A DNA stretch of 64,000 nucleotides. It comes from an uncultured cyanobacterium. GTDB lineage: Bacteria; Cyanobacteriota; Cyanobacteriia; Cyanobacteriales; Nostocaceae. The stretch covers positions 1,280,001 to 1,344,000 of the forward strand of contig OY970166.1 of assembly GCA_963706595.1 (NCBI GenBank). The letters are read 5' to 3'. The position numbers were made by a program, and so were the translations under genes. Positions 19,070 through 29,600 of the stretch are shown one piece after another (position 1 is the first letter of the stretch; each line of letters begins with the position of its first letter). The notes under the pieces were generated by a model. That model did no database searches and had not been told where the DNA came from. It worked only from the letters and a program-made list of their open reading frames with translations.

Positions 19070-20179
19070 ATGCTGCCGATGAATACTGGTTGCTTAACAA
19101 TCAAAGAACTGACTGATGCAGTCGGAGAAGGTATAACCCCCCGCATGGTCAGACATTACCATCAATTAGGACTACTACCACAACCAGAGCGATCGCCTAG
19201 TAACTACCGCCTTTACACAGATAGAGATATAATCAGATTGCAGCGCATCGTCGCCTTAAAAAATCAAGGTTTCCAACTCAACCATATTCGCCACATTTTA
19301 GAAACCGAACCACAGACAGACAACCTGATAGAACAACTCCAGCAGCAATATCGGGCTGTGATGCAGCAAATAACCCAACTGCGACAAACAGCCTCAGCAT
19401 TAGAGAATTTACTGGGACGCGATCGCCATTGTCAAATCATGCAAGCCGAAGTCCTATCCCAACTCAAACATTTAGAAGTAGAAACCCAAATTGGCATAGG
19501 AGAACTCAATCAATTGTGGAGTGGCTTAGATGCAGAAGTACATCATCATCCAGAAGCATTCACCGAATCATTGCAGAGAATTTTACCCGACTTATCCCAG
19601 CGTTCGGAAATCGAACAAGATTTAATTGCCCAATTAGTCATAGCCTGCGGTGATGTTAGTTTAGTATCTTTTGTGAAAATCAGTCAAGGTGCGATCGCTG
19701 CCAGTAGAGAAAGCCTCAAAACAGGGTGTAAAATCGTCGTAGATATCCCCACCGTCGCCGCAGCCTTAGATCAAACCAGACTCACCCATTTAGGTTGTGA
19801 AACCATCACCTTAATAGACAACCCCCATATTACCACCGCCCCAGAAGCCGAAACAGAATTTTGGCAACAGCAGAAATGGCGAAAAAAACTCACCCAAATC
19901 ACTAACAACAGTATATTAGTCATAGGATACGCCCCATCAGTCCTTTTAGAAATCTGCGAAGCCATAGACCAGAAAAAAATCCAACCCGCCCTCATCATCG
20001 GCTTACCCATAGGCTTCAGTCACGCCCCCGCAGCCAAACGCAGACTTATGCAACAACCAATACCATACATAACCATAGAAGGAACCCTTGGCGGAGGACT
20101 CCTAGCCGCCACAACCCTCAACTCCCTGCTAGAAACCCTAATAAACAAACCCCATTGCCACTGCCATCTTACCTCCTAA
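19070..20179 (+). CDS. coaR: MerR-family regulator fused to a precorrin-8X methylmutase (CbiC/CobH)-like domain, CoaR/CorR
   Basis: MerR HTH (RMVRHYHQLGLL..NYRLY), CobH-like C-domain (VIGYAPSVL, IIGLPIGF), C-terminal CHC. Confidence 0.88.
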   Translation: MLPMNTGCLTIKELTDAVGEGITPRMVRHYHQLGLLPQPERSPSNYRLYTDRDIIRLQRIVALKNQGFQLNHIRHILETEPQTDNLIEQLQQQYRAVMQQITQLRQTASALENLLGRDRHCQIMQAEVLSQLKHLEVETQIGIGELNQLWSGLDAEVHHHPEAFTESLQRILPDLSQRSEIEQDLIAQLVIACGDVSLVSFVKISQGAIAASRESLKTGCKIVVDIPTVAAALDQTRLTHLGCETITLIDNPHITTAPEAETEFWQQQKWRKKLTQITNNSILVIGYAPSVLLEICEAIDQKKIQPALIIGLPIGFSHAPAAKRRLMQQPIPYITIEGTLGGGLLAATTLNSLLETLINKPHCHCHLTS

Positions 20180-20233
20180 CCTCCGCGCCTCTGCTTACTG
20201 AGCGAAGTCGAAGTATGCGCCTGGTGCGTGACA

Positions 20234-21334
20234 CTACCCCCTCCGCCGCAAAACCAACCAAGTAACAACCGGAGTCCCAATTAAAGCCGTCACCGAATTC
20301 AGAGGTAAAACCAACTGATTTCCAGGTAACTGAGACACCAAATCTGCAACCAAAGCCAAAATACCCCCCATCATCGTCACCGCAGGAACCAAAACCCGAT
20401 GGTCAGAAGTATTAAACAAACTCCGACACAAATGAGGAACCGAAACCCCCAAAAAAGCGATCGGACCACAAAAAGCCGTAATTGCCCCTGCTAAAATAGA
20501 AGCACTCGTAATCAACCAAAACCGAGTCCGTTGCACAGCCAAACCCAGAGTACTAGCATAAGACTCACCCAGCAGCAGCGCATTTAAAGGTTTCGACAAC
20601 AGAATAGCCACAGCTAACCCCAAAACCACCACAGGCGCTAAAACTAAAATTTGCCTCCAAGTCACACCGCCAAAACTGCCAAAAGTCCATTGTAAATAAG
20701 TTTGAATATTATTAGTTTCGCTAAATTGCAGCAAAATACTCACTAAAGCACTGGTAGCATAGCCAAACAATAAACCTAAAATCAGCAGTTGCATTGTATC
20801 TTGAACCCGACGCGCCACTAGTAAAACTAAACCTAAAGCTAAACCTGCGCCTAAACTAGCTGCTATAACTAAACTTAAATCACCAATTATTCCTAAACCT
20901 TTAAACATAGCACCAGCACCAGTAGCACTTGTTGTGAGAACAACCAAAGCTACACCTAAACTTGCACCAGAACTAATTCCTAATACAAAAGGTCCCGCTA
21001 AAGCATTTCTAAATAAAGTTTGCATTTGTAAACCACTGACTCCCAAAGCTGCACCGGCTAGAGTGGCTGTTAAGGCTTTAGGTAAACGAAACTTGAGGAT
21101 AATATTAGTCCAAGTGGCTTTTTCTGGTTCTCCTCCTAGTAAGATGGTCAGGACTTCGTTGATGGGTATATTGACTGAACCGAAACCTAAATCTAGTAAA
21201 AAGGCGAAGATTAAGGCTGATAGTAAGGTGAGGAAAATTAGATGTTGACGGGTTGATTTTTTATGAGTTAGGAATTTAACGAACCGCCAAGTACGCCAAG
21301 TACGCCAAGAGAAGAGAGAGAGAATTTCACGCAT
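20234..21334 (-). CDS. btuC: Cobalamin/iron-chelate ABC transporter permease (BtuC/FecCD family)
   Basis: FRLPKA..GLQMQTLFRN..GPFVLGISSGA, GPIAFLG motifs; in a riboswitch-led operon; start uncertain because the N-terminus is repeat-derived. Confidence 0.85.
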   Translation of the reverse strand: MREILSLFSWRTWRTWRFVKFLTHKKSTRQHLIFLTLLSALIFAFLLDLGFGSVNIPINEVLTILLGGEPEKATWTNIILKFRLPKALTATLAGAALGVSGLQMQTLFRNALAGPFVLGISSGASLGVALVVLTTSATGAGAMFKGLGIIGDLSLVIAASLGAGLALGLVLLVARRVQDTMQLLILGLLFGYATSALVSILLQFSETNNIQTYLQWTFGSFGGVTWRQILVLAPVVVLGLAVAILLSKPLNALLLGESYASTLGLAVQRTRFWLITSASILAGAITAFCGPIAFLGVSVPHLCRSLFNTSDHRVLVPAVTMMGGILALVADLVSQLPGNQLVLPLNSVTALIGTPVVTWLVLRRRG

Positions 21335-21365
21335 TGTTTAAAATTCGTAGTAAGGACTTTAGTCC

Positions 21366-22574
21366 TTATATTAATTTGCGATAATAAACGAGTTGATGAT
21401 TGGGTAACAATTCAGGATGAAATATTTTAATTAAATCAGCCAATACTACATCGGGGTTACTAATACCACCTTCCCAATAATCGTTACCTTGATTTTCGTT
21501 TAATCTGGCATCATTATTATAAAGGTTGCCGATTTTTACAGCCTGAAAATCACCATAACGATTATCTGCGTTCAAAATATCTGGTACATTCCGCCAAGAT
21601 TGACTAAAATTCAGCCAGTAGTCAGCATTAGCAGCACGTTCTAAGATAACCTCAAAGGATAGGGGAAGACTTCCAGATGTGTTATCATCATTCCACAGAT
21701 AATTTGCGCCAGCGTCATTGAGATATTTAGCGACATAACTATTACCTCCTGGCATATACCAAGTCCCTTTAAAGTTAAATCCTACAAATACGCTAGGACG
21801 TTTATTTATAAACTGAGTTTTTTGGGAAATTTCTTCATATTTACGCGCAATTTCACTAAATACTTTTTCGGCTATTTCTTCTTGATTAAAAAACAAAGCG
21901 GTAAATTTCATCCACTCGGTTCTTCCCAGGGGGGAATTTTCCATATATTCTGCATTGATAGCGACTTTTAAGCCAGCATCTACTAATTGCGGATAACTAT
22001 CTGTTTGTGAATTACCCACAGCATAAGTTGTAATTAACTCTGGATTTAAATCTAATATCTGCTCAATATTAACATTATTATTTCTCCCGACCTCTGTGAT
22101 TCTTCCGGTTTTAATTCGGGAAATTACCTCAGCCGTATTGACTTGTTTAAAATCACTCACCCCGATAAGTTTATCCAATACCCCCAACTTCGCTAAATGG
22201 GGTAAATGAGTAGTCGAAAGAGTGACAACCGAATTTACAGGTACTGTGATTACTTGCGTTTCTAAAAAATCCGGCGGTACTGGTGCGCCACACTGCACTA
22301 AAACATATTTAAAACCCGTATTAGCATTACGCCAAGGATTTTTAACCGTGACAATTTTATAGTGTTTATGATATTCTACATTAAAACCTGTGGCATAATT
22401 AACGCTAACTTTTGCCGGAAAATAATCAATATTAGGATCATATTCTTGAGTACAGGTGCTGCTACCCTGGGGAATTGTATGATTACAAGAGATAATTAAA
22501 GTAGCAACTAAGAATATTAAACAGACAAAAAAGTTTATTTTCCATTGACGAGTTTTTATTAATATCATATTCAA
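21366..22574 (-). CDS. btuF: Cobalamin ABC transporter substrate-binding lipoprotein (BtuF-like)
   Basis: Lipobox IISC; EYMENSPLGRTEW, WYMPGG, NDYWEGG motifs. Confidence 0.85.
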   Translation of the reverse strand: MNMILIKTRQWKINFFVCLIFLVATLIISCNHTIPQGSSTCTQEYDPNIDYFPAKVSVNYATGFNVEYHKHYKIVTVKNPWRNANTGFKYVLVQCGAPVPPDFLETQVITVPVNSVVTLSTTHLPHLAKLGVLDKLIGVSDFKQVNTAEVISRIKTGRITEVGRNNNVNIEQILDLNPELITTYAVGNSQTDSYPQLVDAGLKVAINAEYMENSPLGRTEWMKFTALFFNQEEIAEKVFSEIARKYEEISQKTQFINKRPSVFVGFNFKGTWYMPGGNSYVAKYLNDAGANYLWNDDNTSGSLPLSFEVILERAANADYWLNFSQSWRNVPDILNADNRYGDFQAVKIGNLYNNDARLNENQGNDYWEGGISNPDVVLADLIKIFHPELLPNHQLVYYRKLI

Positions 22575-22607
22575 GTGCTGTTTTTATGGTTCGTAGTTAG
22601 GACTTTG

Positions 22608-22739
22608 GGGAACATCCCATTTAGTAAAAACATAGAAGACTGATGTAAAAACCCTATTAAACCCTCTTATCTTGGCGTTCTTTGCGTCTTGGCGGTTCGT
22701 TCTTCCATGCTTCCATAAGCCAAAATTTGGGATGCTCCC
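22608..22739. mobile_element. 132-bp MITE with 8-bp TSD, inserted in a REP-like hairpin
   Basis: TIR GGGAACATCCCA / TGGGATGCTCCC; TSD GGACTTTG at 22600-22607 and 22740-22747. Confidence 0.85.
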
Positions 22740-22789
22740 GGACTTTGGTGGTTTAAGGAAGGACTAAAGTCCTTACTACAAACAAATAT

Positions 22790-23668
22790 TTACTCTGGGG
22801 GATAGGAATATTCTTTGACTTTATTACCCTTTACCAAATGTTCCTCAACAATAATTTCCGCCACATCAGGAGTAATGCGAGTATACCAACTCCTATCCTC
22901 AGAATTAAATACCACAGGTCCTAATTTGCAAACCTCCAAACAGCCAGAAGTTCTCACTTCAATATCTAAACCAGCTTTTTCCACTGCTGATTTTAAAGCT
23001 GCAAAAGTAGGTTCCCACTTCCGAGAAGGAAGACAACGCCCAGAAGTACAAACCGATATATAAGAATTTTTTAAAGGATTTCGAGTAAATGGTATCGGCT
23101 GCTTTCCTAACACATATATTTCCCGCAATTGTTGATAAAGCACTAACTTAGATAAATTAGGTTTACCCTCTGGTAATAAATTCTCATCCTCCACAAAAGG
23201 ATTAGGTAAAAATATAGTCATCACCTCTACATTTGCACCATTCCAAAATTTAATCCCCCAACTTCTGGGATTTCCTTCTGCATTAAAGCGGCGATAAAAA
23301 GCAGCCCGACTAACTTGACGCTGTTTTCTTAATTCCAATGGAGTTTTACACTCTGGTCCCCCTAAACTAGCCTCAATACATAAGTGTAAATGCCAACCTT
23401 CAGCCGCTACTGTTAAATAACCATCATAAAGAATACACAATTTAGGTGCAGCAGTAAATTCTAATTCTAATACACCACCTTCGGCAACATGACCGACTCC
23501 GACTTGATGCCAATTTTCCTGAAATAAAGTGTACAGCAATGACGATAAAACATTGCTATCGGCTGAAAAATCTTCATACTCAACTCTACCTCCTGAAAGC
23601 AGAGGTTCCGTTGTCATCAGATTTAATGGGTTTACCCAAGAATTAAATTGAGTCATGGTATTTACCAA
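22790..23668 (-). CDS. Uncharacterised N-terminal domain fused to a thioredoxin-like [2Fe-2S] ferredoxin
   Basis: C-terminal VCTSGRC...SGCLEVCKLGP..WY..EHLVKG; lies between btuB and btuF. Confidence 0.8.
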   Translation of the reverse strand: MVNTMTQFNSWVNPLNLMTTEPLLSGGRVEYEDFSADSNVLSSLLYTLFQENWHQVGVGHVAEGGVLELEFTAAPKLCILYDGYLTVAAEGWHLHLCIEASLGGPECKTPLELRKQRQVSRAAFYRRFNAEGNPRSWGIKFWNGANVEVMTIFLPNPFVEDENLLPEGKPNLSKLVLYQQLREIYVLGKQPIPFTRNPLKNSYISVCTSGRCLPSRKWEPTFAALKSAVEKAGLDIEVRTSGCLEVCKLGPVVFNSEDRSWYTRITPDVAEIIVEEHLVKGNKVKEYSYPPE

Positions 23669-23682
23669 TTTTTACTAAATTT

Positions 23683-25710
23683 TTAGAATGTCGATTTCAA
23701 ACCAACTTGAAAAACTCTACCTGCGTCAGGGAAACCAGGAAATAGCTGATAGCGTTGGTTGAAAATATTATCTACACTACCACTAAGTACAAGGTTATCA
23801 CTCAAAGAAATTCGCAGTTTAGTATCAAAGGTAGTATAACCAGATAAAAATTCTGTGTTGATGTTATTCGTCGGATATCCACTCAGGGAATGCATGAGAA
23901 ATCCTAAATATACACCTTGAGCATTTTCATAAGAAATTCCCGCATTTAAACTATTTGCACCTGCAAAACGCAACTCTTTACCTATTTCTGCCGGATTACT
24001 ACTTTCTAAAATCTGCGGGTCATTCAGGGTATAATTAGCAAAGGCAAAAATATTCTTTCCTAGTTGCACATTCAAAGCTGCTTCAATTCCTCTAGTACGC
24101 ACTAAGCCGATATTTTCCCAAGTTCCTGTATTCCCATTTACCGGGGGTGTCAGTCGTTTGAAAGCGATGGTATCAGATACTCGATTCTGAAAAAATGTTA
24201 ATCTTAATAAACCAATATTACCTAATTTTTGGTCAATTCCAATATCATAACTATCGCCTTTTTCTGGTTCAAGTTCTGGATTACCAATATTACTAGGACT
24301 ATTGTTAAATAAGTTAACTATGGTTGGCGCTCGAAAGTTTCTGATATAGTTAGCCCGGAGTGTGGTAGAATCAGATAATGCTAGTTTTGTGCCTACAGAT
24401 GGTGATGTAAATGAACCATTTACTAAACTACTAAAATCTTGCCTGACTCCTAAATTGAGGCTGAGGCTAGGAGTTAAGTTAGTTTCGTATTTAGCAAAAA
24501 CTGCCCCTTGATTAATACCATCATTATAATTTTCGGTATTGACATTTGTGGCAAATTGCAAGCTGTTATTAACTACATTTACGGTGCGGTAATCAAAGCC
24601 ATAAACTAATATTTGATTTTCGGCTAATTGCCAACTGTGGGTGGCTTGAAAACCGTAAGACCTTTGATTTGTTTCAAATCTTCTATGAGATGTAATTGCG
24701 CCACTACGATTATCAAAGCGAGTGTTGAGAAAGTCTGTGTAAATCTTCGCTGTTAATAAAGAATCATTTCCTTGTCCTAGCTGAGAGTTCCAAGTTAAGT
24801 CAGCTAAAACCTGGTCTGTATATTTACGATTGTTATCAGTTAAAGAATTGAAAAACCCTTGACCAAATTCAGGTTCAGGAATGGGTACTCCTCCTGGTAC
24901 GCCTTGATTTTTAGCTAAGTATAAAGTTGAAAGAGTTAAGGTATTTCTCGTCCCTAAATCTGCTTCTAATTTGACGTTAAAATTATTGAACAGAACATCA
25001 TCGTTTTCTCTGTTTCCCTGAAAATTAGCTTCGGGAATGGAAAAAGGAAAATTATTTTGCGCCTGGGTACGGTTATAACCCACAACCCAAGATATATCTC
25101 CTTGTCTCCCGCTATTTTGAATGGTTTGCTGATTTAATCCATACGCGCCTAGAGTTACCCCGGTTTCGGTGGTGATTCTCTCTGTGGGACGACGAGTAAT
25201 AATGTTAATTACTCCCCCAATAGCATCGGAACCATACAAAGTAGAACCACCACCGGGTAAAACTTCTACTCTTTCTACATTATTGGTGGTAATTTCGGAA
25301 AGGTCAAAACCCCCAGAACCTAAGTTATTAATTGGTCTACCATCTAATAATATTAAAACTTGTCCAGAGTTAGAACCGCGAATAAATTGACCACTTAAAG
25401 CACCCACTCCTGTCCCCACAGTTCCATCACCTAAGACACCGGGGAGAAATCGTAGCGCTTCTTTAACTGTTCGCGCCCCTCTAGCTTCAATTTCTTCTTG
25501 GGTAATTACATACACAGGGCGTGTAGAATCTTCAACTGTGCCATCACGTCGCAATGGTGAAGAGACTCTTTGATTTAAGAGTTTCTCAATTACAGTCAGT
25601 TCAATATCGGGTTCTGATTCTGAAGCTATGACATATCCTGATGATAAACTACTATAAGTTGTGTGCAGAATCAGTAAATTGATCCAGCATTGCCAATGAA
25701 CTTTAGGCAT
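23683..25710 (-). CDS. btuB: TonB-dependent receptor, BtuB-like
   Basis: Plug motifs (IRGSNSGQVLILLDGRP, ERVEVLPGGGSTLYGSDAIGGVINIIT), C-terminal Phe, upstream cobalamin riboswitch. Confidence 0.9.
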   Translation of the reverse strand: MPKVHWQCWINLLILHTTYSSLSSGYVIASESEPDIELTVIEKLLNQRVSSPLRRDGTVEDSTRPVYVITQEEIEARGARTVKEALRFLPGVLGDGTVGTGVGALSGQFIRGSNSGQVLILLDGRPINNLGSGGFDLSEITTNNVERVEVLPGGGSTLYGSDAIGGVINIITRRPTERITTETGVTLGAYGLNQQTIQNSGRQGDISWVVGYNRTQAQNNFPFSIPEANFQGNRENDDVLFNNFNVKLEADLGTRNTLTLSTLYLAKNQGVPGGVPIPEPEFGQGFFNSLTDNNRKYTDQVLADLTWNSQLGQGNDSLLTAKIYTDFLNTRFDNRSGAITSHRRFETNQRSYGFQATHSWQLAENQILVYGFDYRTVNVVNNSLQFATNVNTENYNDGINQGAVFAKYETNLTPSLSLNLGVRQDFSSLVNGSFTSPSVGTKLALSDSTTLRANYIRNFRAPTIVNLFNNSPSNIGNPELEPEKGDSYDIGIDQKLGNIGLLRLTFFQNRVSDTIAFKRLTPPVNGNTGTWENIGLVRTRGIEAALNVQLGKNIFAFANYTLNDPQILESSNPAEIGKELRFAGANSLNAGISYENAQGVYLGFLMHSLSGYPTNNINTEFLSGYTTFDTKLRISLSDNLVLSGSVDNIFNQRYQLFPGFPDAGRVFQVGLKSTF

Positions 25711-26114
25711 CTAGTTTCTCTGTTTAAGTATGGGTGTGATTTAGACTGGTTGTAGAGTCTAGGACATGAGTTTTTAACCGCCGATAAACGCCGATAAACG
25801 CCGATAAATTTCAGGTTGATTAGTTAATTGTTGGCAAATATGCTGGCTGTATTGAGTTACACGAGGACAGGATACCTGCTTGGTTTACTTGCAAGGCGCT
25901 GTATATCCAAATTCAGTTACAGAAAATCTCCCGTTAAGGTAATACCTGAACGCAGCAAAAATTTATGTGCTGGTGCGTTGCTTTGCACGAAAACGCATCC
26001 TACAAAAATTGTGGGTTTAATTCAGTTTTAATAAATACCTGTGCTGACCAAATTTTTTCAATCTATGCATTATATGCATTATCTGTGCCTCGCAGATAGG
26101 TGTTTGCTTTGGAA

Positions 26115-26262
26115 TCTTGTCAGTGGGCATTCTGGCTGAGAGACAATAAGTTTTTATGTCTGATTACAGCTGCGGGACAGCGCCGGATTTACACCGAACT
26201 TTCCCCCGTGTGCAGGTTTTACCTGTTACGTCTAATGGATGTTTGCCATGAGAACTGACTTT
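26115..26262 (-). ncRNA. Cobalamin (AdoCbl) riboswitch
   Basis: Minus strand contains GGGAAAGTTCGGTGTAAATCCGGCGCTGTCCCGCAGCTGTAA and B12-box AGCCAGAATGCCC, with P1 GTCAGT/ACTGAC. Confidence 0.93.
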
Positions 26263-26361
26263 TTTTCACAAAATTATCATACTATAAAGGTGCGGATTTT
26301 TACAAAAAAAACATTGTTGTCGCCAAAATTAGCTGCAAGGCTTTGTTACCAATTAAGTGAA

Positions 26362-26398
26362 TGATAATGATTATTATTCTAATTCATTTTTTTGTCAA
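26362..26398 (-). promoter_or_regulatory. Zur (FurB)-like box overlapping a sigma70 promoter for the btu operon
   Basis: TGATAAT-G-ATTATTA (14/15 to TGATAATnATTATCA) at 26362-26376; minus-strand TTGACA-17-AATAAT overlaps it. Confidence 0.65.
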
Positions 26399-26612
26399 CT
26401 GCTCGTAGCGGGAATTTCGCCATAAATAATGAATTTTTATAACTTTTTCAGACTCAATAGGGTGTGTATATCCTGTTTTTGTTAATTTACAGTTTTTGGA
26501 AGCAGAAAATTAGAAGAAATGTAACACCAGATGTATAATTAGCGCGTCTCCTCTTTCATGAAAAGATAAAATTTAAGACTGTCCAGCTTTCTGTACCTAG
26601 ATAAAGAGCATT

Positions 26613-29600
26613 ATGTGGCAACAAGAAAAAAAAGATAGTGCAATAGTCAGTCTGGCATTATTACTGTCCTTAGCTACTACCCCTATGGCAGTACCTTTGT
26701 TCGTGCCGACATCAGTGCTGGCACAATCTGCCACTGATGCTGAATCTTTTCTGCTCCCGGAAACGGCGGCAGATGGGACTACGGTGCGGATTGATGGTTC
26801 TATGAGTTTGGCTGCAATCAACCAAAGTTTAAAACAACTTTTTGAGCAAGAGTTTTCTGGTAGGAATGTAGAGGTGGCGGCGAATGGTGCGGGTGTGGCA
26901 ATATCAGCTTTAATAGATGGTAAAATTGATCTAGTAGCGATCGCTCGTGGTTTGACTCCAGAAGAAAAAGCACAAGGTCTGGCACAAGTCCCGTTTTACC
27001 GAGAAAATATTGCCATCATAGTCAGTACAGATAATCCTTTTCAGGGTGGTTTGACTGATCAACAATTCGCCGATATCTTCCGGGGAAATATCACAAATTG
27101 GTCAGAACTGGGCGCACCGGCAGGTAATATTCGCTTCATTGATCGCCCTGATACCAGCGATACCCGCAATACCTTTCGCACCTATCCAGGTTTCAAAGGC
27201 GCTGAATTTGCCACAGGTTCTAATGCTACCCAAATCAATGAAGATAACACTGCCAAAATTGTCGAACAACTAGGTCGTGACGGTATTAGCTATGCAATGG
27301 CTCATCATGTGTCACAACTGCCAAATGTCCGCGTGATTCCGTTAAATGAAAGTTTGCCAGATAATCCTAACTATCTCTATTCCCAGCCTTTAGTTTATGT
27401 TTATCGGCCTAATCCCAACGCCAATGTCGCCAGTTTTCTCAGCTTTATCCTAGCATCACCAGAACAGCAAACGATAGCAGCGGCCAGAGCTACAGCAGCA
27501 GATGCGATCGCTCAAGGGCAAGCAAGTGTTAGCCTAAATGCTAGAAATGTATCAGATGAACAGCAATCTCCAGAAACTCGGTTTAGTCCCGATCAAGTAC
27601 AGCCGTGGTGGTTTTTGTTGCCTACTGCTGTTCTGGTTTGCTTGCTCATCTGGATTTTCCGGTCACGCCTGTGGGCAACTGATGCTAAAAATAATACCCA
27701 AGATCCTCACCCCAATGCTGCTGCGGAGAATAACATGGACACAAATAATACTGATGTTTCTTGGAGTGGGGATGAATTTCTAGCAGCAGCACCGGATAAC
27801 GATGCCGCTTTAGCAGAAGCCACAACTGCCATCGGGTCTGTTGTTTCCGGCGGAAAAGTCGATCATCCCGAATCTCTTGAAACTAATAATTCAAGTAATA
27901 ATCCGGAAGCAAGTTTTTTTGATGATCAAGAATCGCCCTGGGATATAGAAGCACCAGCCGCCGTGGTAAATACTCCATACCCGCAATTACCAGATGTACC
28001 TAAAGTTACCTCTGAAGAGTCGCAGGTGGGGGAAAATTGGGAAATCACGGACTCTTGTGCGGAAATATCAGCACAAACCCAGGTAAAACCGGATTTAATT
28101 GATGATGATATCATCTCAGATGAAATTACGGATTTAGCTGGCGATTTAGCGACGGAAGCCAATACCTGGGAGCAGGGATTAGATACATTTGATACAATAG
28201 ACTCTAGTGATTTTGACGAAACAATTTTATCTGCGTCAGATGAGAAAACCTCAGAACAGGTCACAAATTTACAACCCACACTCCCAAGTATTACTGAAGA
28301 AGACGATATATTTAATCTCGTGGCGGATGCAGCTGAACCAAGGGACTATGAGATAGACTCTAATCTGTCTGAGGAAATAGATATTTTTGCAGATAGTGCG
28401 ACTTTTGTCGGCACAGGTATGGGGGCATCGGTCGGCAGTGGGGGTAATTCCGAATCTGAAGGTCAAATGCCGAATAATAGCAGCATAAACCCTTGGCTTG
28501 ATTTAGATGGTGAACAAAGTATTGTCCTCAAGCCCCGAAATGCACAATGGGCTTATGCGACTTGGTACATTAGTGAAATTTGCCAGCAAGCATTAGCAAA
28601 TAATCACATCTCTCGATTATATCTGCGGCTTTACAATGTCACGGATTTAGACTTGAGTTATCAGACTCCAGAGTTGGTCCAGCAATATGAACTGGAGTCA
28701 GGGATGGAACTTTACATCGCCATTCCTCAAAGTAGTAACGATTATATTGCCGAAATTGGCTATGTGGCAGAAGGCGATCGCTGGGTAACAATTACCCGTT
28801 CCGAAAGGGTTCGCGTTTTTGATACCCCTGTGCAAGATCCTACAGACGATTCAGTGCTGAATTTAGATGGGGAGCAAAGTCTTGTTCTCAAGCCTCGGAA
28901 TTCGGAATGGGCTTATGCAACTTGGTACATTGGTGAAACTAACCAGCAAGCATTAGCAAATCATGGGATCTCGGAATTATTTCTGCGGCTGTATGATGTC
29001 ACAGGTTTAGACTTGAGTTATCAGACTCCAGAGTTTGTCAAGCAGTATGAACTAAAGTCAGGCATAGAACTTTACATCGCCATTCCTCAAAGTAGTAACG
29101 ATTATATTGCCGAAATTGGGTATGTCGCAGCAGGCGATCGCTGGGTAACAATTACCCGTTCTGAGAGGGTTCGCGTCTTTGATACACCTGTGCAAGATCC
29201 CACAGATGACTCAGTTCTCAATCTCGATGGGGAGCAAAGTCTTGTTCTCAAGCCCCGGAATCCTGAATGGGCTTATGCGAGTTGGTACATTGGTGAAACT
29301 AACCAGCAAGCATTAGAGAAAAACGGCATTTCCCAATTATATCTGCGGCTGTATGATGTCACAGGTTTAGACTTAAGTTATCAGACTCCAGAGTTTGTAG
29401 AGCAATATGAACTAACGTCAGGGATAGAACTTTATATCGCCATTCCTCAAAGCGATCGCGATTATATTGCCGAAATTGGGTATGTCACAGAAGGCGATCG
29501 CTGGGTGACAATTACCCGTTCTGCAAGGGTTCGCGTCTTTGATACACCCCTCCCAGAGACTACAGAAAACCCAGTGCTGAATTTAGATGGGGAACAACGT

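Noticed and set aside
25828..26031. 67-aa plus-strand ORF in the btuB leader
   Set aside because: It is antisense to the riboswitch leader, includes a REP hairpin, and shows no coding signal.
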